Positions 20,011 to 30,595 of a stretch of DNA of 64,000 nucleotides are shown in pieces. The notes beneath the pieces are model-generated. The model saw only the letters and a list, made by a program, of their open reading frames with translations, made no database searches and was not told the DNA's origin. A program made the translations under genes and the position numbers. Origin of the DNA: an uncultured Chthonomonadaceae bacterium. GTDB lineage: Bacteria; Armatimonadota; Chthonomonadetes; Chthonomonadales; Chthonomonadaceae. Every line of letters starts with the position of its first letter. Position 1 is the stretch's first letter. The stretch is taken from the NCBI GenBank assembly GCA_963817895.1, contig CAWFQB010000003.1:128001-192000 (forward strand), given 5' to 3'.

Positions 20011-21053
20011 ACTTGAAATTGCGCCCCTACGTTTTGAACCTTGTGGCTGTTGTTGTGAGCAGTGTTTTGTTGTTGTGTGTGGGTTGTGGACGCAAAAAAG
20101 ACCCGCCCGTTGAAATCACGGGCAAAGTGACGCAGTTGTACCCGACGGGGTTTAATGCAAACGCCGTGATTGTCGGCAGCATTAGGTTTCCCGATTTGTA
20201 CCCTTCGTTTCGCATCGAAAACAGCAAGCAGCAGGAATTGACGGTTCCCACAGAAGCCTCGTGGGTGTATCCATTGGGGTTGAACGACGGCGGGCAGATT
20301 GTGGGTTACGCGAGTCGGAAGAGCAATCAGTCGCGCCATGCCCTTACGTGGCAGAACGGGCGGGCCAACTGGCTTGAAGACGGCGATGCTGTGAGCAGCG
20401 AAGCCACCGCTATCAACAACGCGGGCGTGATTGTCGGCTTTCGTATTACGAGTGATGGTATCGAGCGCGCCGCGCAATGGCAAAACGGCGCAATGCGGGA
20501 ACTCACCGCGCCCAACAGCCCCTCATGGCGTCCAACCGTCATCAATGCCAGAGGGGATGTTGCAGGCTATGGCATGGACGCGCGGCAGCAACCCCACCTG
20601 TACCTGTGGCGGCAAAATCATCTATCCGATATGGGAACCGGCTACCACATCGCCCTCGACAACTCCGGGCAAATCGCAGGGGATTATCAAACGCCTGACC
20701 GATTGCTTCATGCCTGCGCGTGGAACGGCAAACAGCGCGTAACCCTTGCCACCCTGCCCCAAACCAATGAGAGCCGCGCGTTTGCCCGCAACGACCGGGG
20801 GCAGATAGTGGGCAGCGCCGACCTGCGAAACGCGCCCCCCGACGCCAACGGTATACCCCTCCCCGTACTGTGGCAAAACAATCGCGCCCTCGACCTCAAC
20901 ACTGTCCGCCCTCCCAACCCAACCTACACGCTGGAAGAGGCTGTCGGCATCAACAACAGCGGCCAAATCCTCTGCACCGCCCGACAGGGCAAATGGGGCC
21001 GTACCGCCCTCCTCACCCCTACCGCCAACGGCTGGCAAATCCAAGTGTACTGA
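20007..21053 (+). CDS. extracellular HAF-repeat-like protein, probable lipoprotein
   Basis: Repeated A..IN..G.IVG...W.NG units; lipobox-like VGC. Confidence 0.75.
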   Translation: MNLKLRPYVLNLVAVVVSSVLLLCVGCGRKKDPPVEITGKVTQLYPTGFNANAVIVGSIRFPDLYPSFRIENSKQQELTVPTEASWVYPLGLNDGGQIVGYASRKSNQSRHALTWQNGRANWLEDGDAVSSEATAINNAGVIVGFRITSDGIERAAQWQNGAMRELTAPNSPSWRPTVINARGDVAGYGMDARQQPHLYLWRQNHLSDMGTGYHIALDNSGQIAGDYQTPDRLLHACAWNGKQRVTLATLPQTNESRAFARNDRGQIVGSADLRNAPPDANGIPLPVLWQNNRALDLNTVRPPNPTYTLEEAVGINNSGQILCTARQGKWGRTALLTPTANGWQIQVY

Positions 21054-21321
21054 GAAGAAAAGGAGAAAAGGAGAAGAGGAGAAAAGGAGAATAGACAGGA
21101 TTAACAGGATTTTCAGGATTGAACAGGATTAAAACAACGTTGTAGGGGCTTGATTTATCACTTCCGCCCTCCTGTTGTTCTCCTCCGTGTTTTTCCGTGT
21201 TCTCCGTGTTCTCCGTGGTTTGCCTTTTTGTCTTTTTGTCTTTTTTGTTCTTTTTTCGTGTGTTTCGCGTGTTTCGCGGTTCCCAATCTCCTCTTCTCCC
21301 CTTCTCCTTTTCTCCTTTTCT
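21053..21321. repeat. composite nested repeat region
   Basis: Outer GGAGAAA/TTTCTCC arms enclose CAGGATT, REP, CTCCGTGTT and TTCGCGTGT arrays. Confidence 0.85.
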
Positions 21322-21953
21322 TACTCAGGGCGCGGCAGTTCGAACAGGCTGTCCCCATGAGCGCGGGCGTACCAGTCGCCGCCCATGCGCCCGATATAGT
21401 CTACTTTGGTGGCGTCTATCTGATTGTTGGCGAGGATGCGTTCGGCAACGTGGAAGCAGACGATTTCGCCGATAACGTAGTTGGCGGACAGGGGGCCGGG
21501 GCCGTGCGGCACGATCTGGAAAAGTTTACATTCGAGAGCAATGACACACTCCGCAATGCGCGCCGGTTTCACTTTCAGGGAGGGCGCGGGCGTGAACCCG
21601 GACGGCTCCCATTCGCTCACGCCATACGGGTACGCGGCGGAAGTCTGGTTCATCTTCTCCCGAATGTCGTAAGTGACGATGTTGATCACATACTCGCCCG
21701 TCGCTTCCACGTTGCGAAGCGTGTCTTTCGGCACATTATTACGGGTGTTTGTGGGCGAAAACGCGACGGAAGGCGGGTTCGCGCCGCCCGCCATAAAATA
21801 ACTGAACGGCGCGAGGTTGGGTACGCCGTCCGGCGACAATGACGATACAAACGCGATTGGGCGCGGCGCGACGCTGTTCACGAGCAGGCGATAAATGTCC
21901 GGCGCGGGCAGTTCGGCAGGATCGAAACTGCGGAAAGTTGAGAGGGGTGTCAC
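21321..21953 (-). CDS. flavin reductase family protein (DIM6/NTAB-like)
   Basis: PRPIAFVSS, NLAPFSYF, KDTLRN and GRMGGDWY motifs. Confidence 0.9.
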   Translation of the reverse strand: MTPLSTFRSFDPAELPAPDIYRLLVNSVAPRPIAFVSSLSPDGVPNLAPFSYFMAGGANPPSVAFSPTNTRNNVPKDTLRNVEATGEYVINIVTYDIREKMNQTSAAYPYGVSEWEPSGFTPAPSLKVKPARIAECVIALECKLFQIVPHGPGPLSANYVIGEIVCFHVAERILANNQIDATKVDYIGRMGGDWYARAHGDSLFELPRPE

Positions 21954-23110
21954 TTAGGCTTCCAGCTTTCGGGGTAATGATTGTCGTCTAATTCTGCCGC
22001 CTGCCGGGTCATTTTTAATGGACGGAAGGTGTCCAGCATGACGGCGAGTTCTTCGGTGCGGGTGTGTCCCAGACTGGCTTCCACGGCTCCGGGCTGCGGG
22101 CCATGCGGCAGGCCGGACGGGTGCAGCGTCATGGAACCCTTTTCGATGCCGCGCCGACTGGCGAAGTTGCCGTTGACGTAATACAGCAGTTCGTCGCTGT
22201 CCAGATTGCTGTGGTTGTAGGGAACGGCAATCGCTAAAGGATGGTAATCCAACATGCGCGGCACGAACGAGCAGACGACGAAGTTATGCGCCTCGAAGGT
22301 CTGATGTACGGGCGGCGGCTGATGCAGTCGGCCCGTAATCGGCTCGAAATCCGCGATGTTGAACGCCCAGGGATACAAAAAGCCGTCCCATCCGATCACG
22401 TCCAGCGGGTGGAAATCGTAAAAGTAGGCGGTCAGGCTGCCCCGCGCTTTGATGCGGACTTCAAAGCGTCCGGGTTCGTTATGGGTTTCCAGCGTTTCGG
22501 GTACGCGAATGTCGCGCTCACAATAGGGGCTGTGTTCCAGCAGTTGCCCGTACTCGTTGCGATACCGATGGGGTATCTCAATCGGACTTGCGGCGGATTC
22601 AATGACCAACATGCGCGTAGCTTCAGTTTCGGCCACGACGCGGTAAATCACGCCGCGCGGAATAATCAGATAATCGCCCTCATGGTACGGCAGGGTTCCG
22701 AACAGGGTTTCCAAACGCCCCTGCCCCTCGTGAACAAACAGCAGGTCGTCGCCGTCCGCGTTTTTGTAGAAGTAGGGCATGGGTTCGGCAGGGCAGCAGA
22801 TTCCCAAACTCACATCATCGTTGACAAGCAGGGGAACCCGCCCGGAAATCGGGTCGCCGGTCGGCTGAATATGCCGCGTTTTCAGGTGGCGGTGGCGCAG
22901 GGGTTCATCGGGCAGAATTTCCGGGCGCAGGTCATGCAACAGTTTGTAATCGGCTACCTGCGTGGGCGGGTGCGCGTGGTAGAGGATGGACGCGATGCCG
23001 GAGAAGCCTTTGGTTCCGAAGACCTGCTCGGCGTAGAGCGAACCATCCGGCTGACGAAATTGCGTATGGCGCTTGGGCGGGATTTGCCCCAATCGTACAT
23101 AGCGTGGCAT
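21950..23110 (-). CDS. hmgA: homogentisate 1,2-dioxygenase
   Basis: NADGDDLLFVH, PYNHSNLDSDE and TLHPSGLPHGP motifs; clustered with hppD and FAH. Confidence 0.93.
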   Translation of the reverse strand: MPRYVRLGQIPPKRHTQFRQPDGSLYAEQVFGTKGFSGIASILYHAHPPTQVADYKLLHDLRPEILPDEPLRHRHLKTRHIQPTGDPISGRVPLLVNDDVSLGICCPAEPMPYFYKNADGDDLLFVHEGQGRLETLFGTLPYHEGDYLIIPRGVIYRVVAETEATRMLVIESAASPIEIPHRYRNEYGQLLEHSPYCERDIRVPETLETHNEPGRFEVRIKARGSLTAYFYDFHPLDVIGWDGFLYPWAFNIADFEPITGRLHQPPPVHQTFEAHNFVVCSFVPRMLDYHPLAIAVPYNHSNLDSDELLYYVNGNFASRRGIEKGSMTLHPSGLPHGPQPGAVEASLGHTRTEELAVMLDTFRPLKMTRQAAELDDNHYPESWKPK

Positions 23111-23176
23111 ATTGTTGCTCCTCTATTTAGTAGCGCGTTCATGTTCGTTGTCGGCTTCCATTTGTGTTTACGCGCC

Positions 23177-23764
23177 TCAGATAGCAAAAATGGCTTCGAC
23201 GGCTACGGACAAACCGGGAAACGTGAGTGATTGAACGGTTTCTCCCCTGCCGTAAACCTGAACCGACACTGCGCCGCTTCGGGACAGGCGCAATACCTCC
23301 ACCGTTTGCGTGTCACCCTCAACTTTCCAGCACTCCCGAACATCCACTTTACAATAATCGTCTATCTTCGCGTTGAACCGGTTTGCTGTTTCACTGTCAG
23401 AGATGATTTCCACGACGAGTTCCGGCGCAGCAATCAGCGGGGTGGGATCATTGGGAGCAGGATTGAGAGCCTGCCGCTCATTGCTGATGAAAAATATGTC
23501 CGGCTGACGTATGCGTAAGGGAACGCGGGTAATCAGAATGTCACGCGGAGCCATACGCGCCCGTCCCAATTGATATTGTTGCCCGAAAGTGCGCAGCAAA
23601 ACAAAGAGATTGCCCTGATAATCCTGATGATTGTCGGTGACGCCGGACATATAGAATTTTTCTCCGTCCACGATGTCATAACGCCGCTTGTCGGTTTCTT
23701 CCGCCATGTAAGCTTCGTATGTCAACCGTTTAGGCGGGGCAGCGAGGGCAGTGGCTGCGCTCAT
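23177..23764 (-). CDS. Uma2 family endonuclease-like protein
   Basis: QPDIFFI, APELVVEIIS and K..DY...V.E.W motifs. Confidence 0.88.
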   Translation of the reverse strand: MSAATALAAPPKRLTYEAYMAEETDKRRYDIVDGEKFYMSGVTDNHQDYQGNLFVLLRTFGQQYQLGRARMAPRDILITRVPLRIRQPDIFFISNERQALNPAPNDPTPLIAAPELVVEIISDSETANRFNAKIDDYCKVDVRECWKVEGDTQTVEVLRLSRSGAVSVQVYGRGETVQSLTFPGLSVAVEAIFAI

Positions 23765-23839
23765 GGTCTTGCTCCTTCTCGTTTGCAATGCGTTATGGTT
23801 CACCTCTTACACCGGAACCGCTAATCCCATCAATCAGGT

Positions 23840-24817
23840 TCAGACAATCCCGTTTGTTAGCAGGCCCAACCGTTCGATTTCCAGTTGTACCAGATCGCCC
23901 GGTTGTAACCAGTCATACGTTCCGCGCGGGAATTCGGTAATGCAGCCGGTTCCTACTGTGCCGGAACCGATTAAATCTCCGGGTTTTAGAACCGTATTGC
24001 GGGACGCCTGCGCGATCAGTTCCGCGAATGTCCAGTGCATGTCGCGCAGATTGCCGCGTGAAATCTCCTGCCCGTTGACCGTTGCGGTCATGGTCAGGTC
24101 GTACGCTTTGCCCCGGCCTGTATCAGATACAATACGGTCTGCGAGTTCATCCGATGTCACAAGGTAGGGGCCAATGCTGGTGGCGAAGTCCTTGCCTTTG
24201 GCTGGCCCAAGCCCCACTTTCATCTCCTGCCGCTGTATGTCGCGCAGGCTCCAATCGTTGCAAATGGTGAACCCGGCGATGTAACTGTCCGCTTCCGCAA
24301 CGACAATGTCGCGTCCCGTTTTGCCGATAACGATTGCTATTTCCAACTCAAAATCCAGTTCGTTGCTTTCCGGGGGCTTGCGGATGGGCGCGTTCGGCCC
24401 GACAATGCCCGCTACGTTGGAAAAATAGAATACGGGCGCGTCGTACCATTCGGGAACCATGTCCAGCCCGCGATTACCCCGCGCATTGCGGACATGCTGC
24501 TCGAACGCATAAAAGTCGCGGAAGGAGGGCGGCTCGACGGGGGCAAGGAGGGTTTCGCCCGCTAAGGGGCGTCGAAAGTGCGCGTACTCGTCGTCGGGCG
24601 CGTTTTCAAGCCGCTGTATCAGGCGCGGCAAAACGCCCGCCCGCTCCTGCATCTGCATCAGCACGGGCAGAAATTCCAGATGGCGCATGGGCATACGCGG
24701 GCGCAGATCGTTCGGCACGGCGATGTTGAAATCAAACAACTCGCTTCGCCCCTCCCCGTCCCGCTCGATCACAATAGAATAAAACGGCTCATTATCCAGT
24801 ATTCGGGCTAATTTCAT
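23840..24817 (-). CDS. fumarylacetoacetate hydrolase family protein
   Basis: RDFYAFEQH, LDFELE, NDWSLRD, KGKDF and GSGTVG motifs. Confidence 0.9.
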   Translation of the reverse strand: MKLARILDNEPFYSIVIERDGEGRSELFDFNIAVPNDLRPRMPMRHLEFLPVLMQMQERAGVLPRLIQRLENAPDDEYAHFRRPLAGETLLAPVEPPSFRDFYAFEQHVRNARGNRGLDMVPEWYDAPVFYFSNVAGIVGPNAPIRKPPESNELDFELEIAIVIGKTGRDIVVAEADSYIAGFTICNDWSLRDIQRQEMKVGLGPAKGKDFATSIGPYLVTSDELADRIVSDTGRGKAYDLTMTATVNGQEISRGNLRDMHWTFAELIAQASRNTVLKPGDLIGSGTVGTGCITEFPRGTYDWLQPGDLVQLEIERLGLLTNGIV

Positions 24818-24827
24818 CCTTCATCCT

Positions 24828-25592
24828 TCATCCTTCATCCTTGCCTTTCAGCCGCCACATCCCGAACGGATTGAAAAAAGGATCGTCAGCAGGATAGAGG
24901 GTACAGGGTTCCAGATGCAGGCGATAAGTGGGCGCATCCGGGGCAATGGAAAACGTGTGGCCGTCGCCAATCGCCGGCTGTTCCACGAGCAGGTATTTCA
25001 GGAACGTGTCCAGCAGGGCAACGGCCTCCTGCGGCGGCAACTTAGAGGTGATAATCGCGTCGTGATAGCCCATATTGTGCATCCCGCACGAATATACCGT
25101 AAACTGCTCGTCCTCATTATCCACGCTGAACACAACATAAGCGTCGTACAGCACGAGCGGACCTTTGCCCTCGCACATTCGCGCCCAATCGTCGCTCCGA
25201 AACGCCTTGCCCGTACTCTCCACCTTGACCGCAAGCCCGCCCGCCTTTACAATGCTGTTGGCGGCCTGCATCATGTCGCGGGAATTGTCCAGATTGCCGC
25301 CCGGTCCCAAAATGTAAACGGTATGCCGGTGCGCGTCAATGCGCGCCAACTCCGGTTCTGTAATCCAGCCCTGTCCCGCATACAAAAAAGCGCGGCGCAG
25401 ATTAGGGTCATGCGGATAAATCTCAAACTCAAAACCGTGTCGAGTAGGAAGGTGCATTAGCATCCTGCCCGCCAGCAGATACTCGCCCATATTGCTCTTC
25501 GTCACGGCGCGGATAATCGCGCTGCGATCCGGCCACATCCCCGGAACGCCAATAATCGTAGTTACTTTGCCCTGCGCGATTTCTGCTTCCAT
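24828..25592 (-). CDS. DUF4261-like hypothetical protein
   Basis: YSCGMHNMG..D, GHTFS and FFNPFGMWRL motifs. Confidence 0.6.
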   Translation of the reverse strand: MEAEIAQGKVTTIIGVPGMWPDRSAIIRAVTKSNMGEYLLAGRMLMHLPTRHGFEFEIYPHDPNLRRAFLYAGQGWITEPELARIDAHRHTVYILGPGGNLDNSRDMMQAANSIVKAGGLAVKVESTGKAFRSDDWARMCEGKGPLVLYDAYVVFSVDNEDEQFTVYSCGMHNMGYHDAIITSKLPPQEAVALLDTFLKYLLVEQPAIGDGHTFSIAPDAPTYRLHLEPCTLYPADDPFFNPFGMWRLKGKDEG

Positions 25593-25717
25593 ATCGTCTG
25601 CTCAAACCAGCATATAAAATGCCGGTTGTTAGGCCTGCGGTCAATCGTCCTGCGGACGCAGATGGTACTACGTTTAAGCAGGAACGAAATCAGGCAAATG
25701 CACGGTATTACCTAATC

Positions 25718-25900
25718 CTACGCGCTCGAAGATCGGGAGTGTTTCTGTCGGCTAATAATTTTCGCTTTCACTTCCTGCCACGACACGCCTCCCTCTGGAT
25801 TCGCGTAATATGCTGCTACGCGCAACTCAATACTCTCAAGTTGTTCTCGCGTAACAGGCTGCTCTTTGATTTTCGCTGCATTATCTATCGGTTTATCCAT
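25718..25900 (-). CDS. putative addiction-module antitoxin component (TIGR02574-like), no toxin gene adjacent
   Basis: EQ...IELR...Y.ANP..GVSWQEVKA pattern; start uncertain. Confidence 0.6.
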   Translation of the reverse strand: MDKPIDNAAKIKEQPVTREQLESIELRVAAYYANPEGGVSWQEVKAKIISRQKHSRSSSA

Positions 25901-25983
25901 TCGTTTGTTCAACAGTCTCCCCTCTCCTGGCGCGTTGCTCGGCAAGGAGAGGGGCCGTGTCCACAAGTGGACGCCCGGTGAGG

Positions 25984-27091
<1,108 letters not shown>

Positions 27092-27104
27092 GGAAAGGCT
27101 CCGA

Positions 27105-27221
27105 GTTGTCAGGTTGTTAGGTTGTTAGTTGTTAGGTTGCTGATTAATAGACTTGTCGCCAAGATCAAGCGTATAACTCCTGCATTGTCCTAACAACTAA
27201 CAACCTAACAACCTGACAACC
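27105..27221. repeat. palindromic tandem repeat element (GGTTGTTA)
   Basis: Arms of about 32 bp are perfectly complementary, including the variant units. Confidence 0.88.
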
Positions 27222-28766
27222 TACTCCACAGCAACAACCGCAAATCGCTTCAACGGGTTCGTCGCCGGTTTGCAGATAGACAATGGTGATCTGGTCGCCC
27301 GATTTAACGTTGCCGACAGCGGCTTGAAACGCCTGCACGGTCGGCGTGTCTTTGCCGTTGACGCGCAAAATGATGTCGCCGCGCGACAGGTCGCGCGCAT
27401 CGGCAACGGGCGTTTCCGGGTCGAGGGATTTGACCAGAACGCCTTTCGTTGTGGTCGCAACGTTGGAATCCTGAATCAGTTTGGTGGTCAGTGCCTGCAC
27501 TTCGATGCCGAGCCGGGGCTTGCCGGGTGTTTTGGGCGCGTCGTCGCGAATGTCTTCGGCGCGGTCCAGCGTGGCTTTGATGGTTTGCGTCTGCCCCTCG
27601 CGCACGACAACTAGATTCCACCGGCGTACCCGGCGCGGTCTGCCCGATAGCAAGGCGCAGGTCGCTTTCCGTATGCATGGCTTTGCCGTTCATGGCGGTG
27701 ACAACATCCCCGGCGCGTAATCCGGCTTTGCCGGCGGGCGTTGTGGGCAAAGGCTCCATATCGAGCAAGGCCCCGTACTCGACGTGCAGCGCGGACGCCT
27801 GGCGCGGCGTGACCGTGACAAGGCTGACGCCGAGAAAGCCGTAATCCACATGCCCTTTGTCGCGCAGTTGGTCGGCAATCAGGCGGGCGGTGTTGATGGG
27901 AATGGCGAACCCGATGCCCACGCTGCCGCCGCTTTCGCTCTCAATCGCCGTGTTGATGCCGATCACTTCGCCGTCAATGTTGCACAGCGGCCCGCCCGAA
28001 TTGCCCGGATTGATGGCCGCGTCCGTCTGAATCATGTTGCTGTAAATGCGGATGCCGGAGGGAACGCTGCTGTCGGGAATCTGCTGCCGCCGCGCCAGGC
28101 TGCTGATAACGCCAACGGAAAACGAGCCTTCGTAGCGGTACGGGCTGCCGATAGCGATGGCCCAATGCCCGATTTTCAGTTTGTCCGAGTTGCCAAGTGG
28201 CGGCGACGGGAAACGGCGGAGGGCGAAGAGATTTTCACCAGCGCCAGATCGCTGCGGCGGTCCCGGCGCACTTCGCCGGTAAATTCGCGCCCATCGTGCA
28301 GTTTGACCGTAACGCGATCCGCGCCGCCCACCACATGGTCATTGGTCAATACCCACCCGTCCGCGCTGATAAGAACGCCCGACCCGGTTCCCGTCACCCG
28401 TCGGCGGGGAAACCCCGCGCCCGCTCCGGGCGTGTCGCTGTTGCGTCCTTCGCGTTCGATTGCCGGATGAATCGTCTTCACGCTGTACAGTGTCACCACT
28501 GCCGGCTCCAACCTGTCGGCAAGGTCGGCAAAAGCATCCTGCAAGCCGTTCAGGACTGCCCGCGTCGTGGCGGGCGGAAGGGCAGGTTTGGCGGGCGCGT
28601 TTGTTTGCGCCGACGCGCCGGGAACCTGCGACAACGCCATGACGCCTGCCAGTAAACCGGTAAGCCCGATTCCGCGACGACGAGGCTGCTTTCTTCGCGA
28701 AGTAAGCAGGAAAAGGGACGGTGCGAAACACGCGGCGCAAGCCGCCGACAACGGGAAATAGGGCAT
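27221..28766 (-). CDS. HtrA/DegQ-family serine protease with two PDZ domains; several frameshifts
   Basis: [29 protein letters not shown] and PDZ segments in split ORFs. Confidence 0.88.
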
Positions 28767-28960
28767 TGCTAACAAACCTCCTGACAGACATTCAAACCGA
28801 CATTCAAACCTGAAGGACATGCAACAGGAACAACAACGCAAGACCGGGCAGAACGGAAGAACCGTGTTATCTGTAAAGACGTTTCATGCCGATTATCGGT
28901 TCTCCCTAATTGTAGTTCAGCGTGAAATAAAAATTTCCTGTGTGGAAACAGAAGAAATAA

Positions 28961-28993
28961 AAACCAGCCCCTTTCCTGACAGGAAAGGGGCTG
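28961..28993 (-). terminator. intrinsic terminator downstream of the anti-sigma gene
   Basis: CAGCCCCTTTCCTG/CAGGAAAGGGGCTG stem followed by a T-tract on the minus strand. Confidence 0.65.
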
Positions 28994-29017
28994 AAATGGC
29001 GCACTTGTCACGTCTTA

Positions 29018-29119
29018 GAGCCTATCCCAATCGGCGATTGCATTTGCGTCCGAAGGACGCTTGGCCGCAGGCCACTCAGACGGGTATGTTCTTTGTACCC
29101 GGCCTGATGGGATAGGCTC
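29018..29119. mobile_element. 102-bp MITE-like element (IS5/IS1031-type ends)
   Basis: 12-bp perfect terminal inverted repeat GAGCCTATCCCA, flanked on both sides by TTA; three internal hairpins. Confidence 0.7.
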
Positions 29120-29719
29120 TTAATGAGCGCGGTTGAAATTGGGAGATTTGAAAACCACTCCTTGCGGCATATTGTATCGGTTGGACATGGGATATTCGTC
29201 GAAAGTTTTGTAGCCGGTCGGCAGCATGGGTGAATTCCCCACAGGATACGAGATACCGGGCGCAATGCCGGAATTTAGATACGTCGGCTCCCCCTGTATC
29301 GTCGGCCACGCCGCCACTTGCCTGGGCATCTGCTGCGGAAAAACAATGGGAGTGCCGGGGTCTACCCGGTCTATGGTATAGGAGGCGAAAACGATGCCTC
29401 CAAGCGCGAACGTGGCCGCAAGGGCAAGCGACTGCGGCTTCAATCCCTGGACCTGCACCCATCGGTTAAACTGTTCCAGCCAGGGGGCGCGGAACGTCTG
29501 CTGTGTATGTACATGCGACAGAATACGCTGCGGCAAATCGGCGGACGGTTCGCGCATACGCAGGCTTGCCAGCATGCGCTTCATCTGCACCAGCCCGCGA
29601 TGCTCCTGCATACACTCGCTGCACCCTGCCAGATGCTCATGGATTTGACGATGCTCCACGCCCTGTAATTCGCCGTCAATATACGCCGACAGAAGATGAG
29701 TTACTTTACGACAGTTCAC
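29120..29719 (-). CDS. zf-HC2 anti-sigma factor
   Basis: GTG start with GGAG ribosome-binding site, C...LSAYIDGEL...HLAGCSEC, one transmembrane segment. Confidence 0.85.
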   Translation of the reverse strand: MNCRKVTHLLSAYIDGELQGVEHRQIHEHLAGCSECMQEHRGLVQMKRMLASLRMREPSADLPQRILSHVHTQQTFRAPWLEQFNRWVQVQGLKPQSLALAATFALGGIVFASYTIDRVDPGTPIVFPQQMPRQVAAWPTIQGEPTYLNSGIAPGISYPVGNSPMLPTGYKTFDEYPMSNRYNMPQGVVFKSPNFNRAH

Positions 29720-29732
29720 GCTTACACTCCTG

Positions 29733-29864
29733 TTAGTGGTTGGTGGTTGGTGGTTGGTGACTGGTTTCCTCTGTTTGTAATTCTGAGCGTCCATCATACG
29801 CTTCACAAGAACATACAAGTATCAACTCGCCACCAACCACCAACCACTAACCACCAACCACCAA
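29733..29864. repeat. palindromic heptamer element (GGTGGTT/AACCACC)
   Basis: Inverted arms in the sigma/anti-sigma spacer; same unit as 52558-52683. Confidence 0.88.
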
Positions 29865-30416
29865 TTTTCTCAGCAATTTGCGGCCACGATGCAGACGCGA
29901 ACGCACCGTGCCCAGCGAACAATTCATGGTTTCCGCAATCTCTTCATACGACAATCCCTCAATATCGGCCAGCACGACGGCGATGCGGAACTCTTCAGGC
30001 AGCGCATTGAGCGCTTTTTGAAGGTGTTCCTCCAGCGCATCGGTCAGCAGCATCTGTTCGGGATTGGATTCAAAGTCGGGGATTTCCAGCAGCACATCGG
30101 AGTCGCCGCTGTCGCCGGAATTGAGGGGCTGGTCGAGAGATTGGGTTTTGAACCGGGGTTTTTTGCGCAGTTCGTCAATGAACACGCGGGACATGATGCG
30201 GTACAGCCAGTTTTCAAACGGCATGTCGCGATTATAACGGTCAAAAAAGCGATACGCGCGCAGAAAAGTCTCCTGAGTCAGGTCTTCGGCGTCGGCATGG
30301 CTGCCCGTCATGCGGTAGGCGACATTATACGCCTGCCGATGACACCGATTCACCAGCCCATCGAACTCTTTGCGGTCGTTACGCAAAACTCCCGTAAATA
30401 GCCTTGCCAGGTCCAT
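29847..30416 (-). CDS. ECF RNA polymerase sigma factor
   Basis: DAEDLTQETF, WLYRI and GLSYEEIA...GTVRSRLHRGR motifs. Confidence 0.92.
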   Translation of the reverse strand: MDLARLFTGVLRNDRKEFDGLVNRCHRQAYNVAYRMTGSHADAEDLTQETFLRAYRFFDRYNRDMPFENWLYRIMSRVFIDELRKKPRFKTQSLDQPLNSGDSGDSDVLLEIPDFESNPEQMLLTDALEEHLQKALNALPEEFRIAVVLADIEGLSYEEIAETMNCSLGTVRSRLHRGRKLLRKLVVGG

Positions 30417-30482
30417 ACCCTCCCTGCCTCCTATTCAGAGGTTACGGACGTTTTCGCGGCACAAGTTCCCGAAGGGGAGAAA

Positions 30483-30592
30483 AAGATAGGAGATAGGAGA
30501 TACGAGGAACTACCCTCTAAATTCTTTTATCCTCGCTGAAAGTTGAGCAAAGCAAGTATTGACTCGTATCTCGTATCTCGTATCTCCTATCT
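30483..30592. repeat. palindromic heptamer element (AGATACG/CGTATCT)
   Basis: Inverted arms; same unit at 54031 and 62800. Confidence 0.85.
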
Positions 30593-30595
30593 TCC

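Noticed and set aside
21150..21475. Phe/Leu-rich small ORFs resembling membrane peptides
   Set aside because: They are translations of the composite repeat region overlapping the flavin reductase gene.
25619..25717. A toxin gene downstream of the addiction-module component
   Set aside because: No RelE/ParE-like ORF fits in the roughly 125 bp before the next gene.
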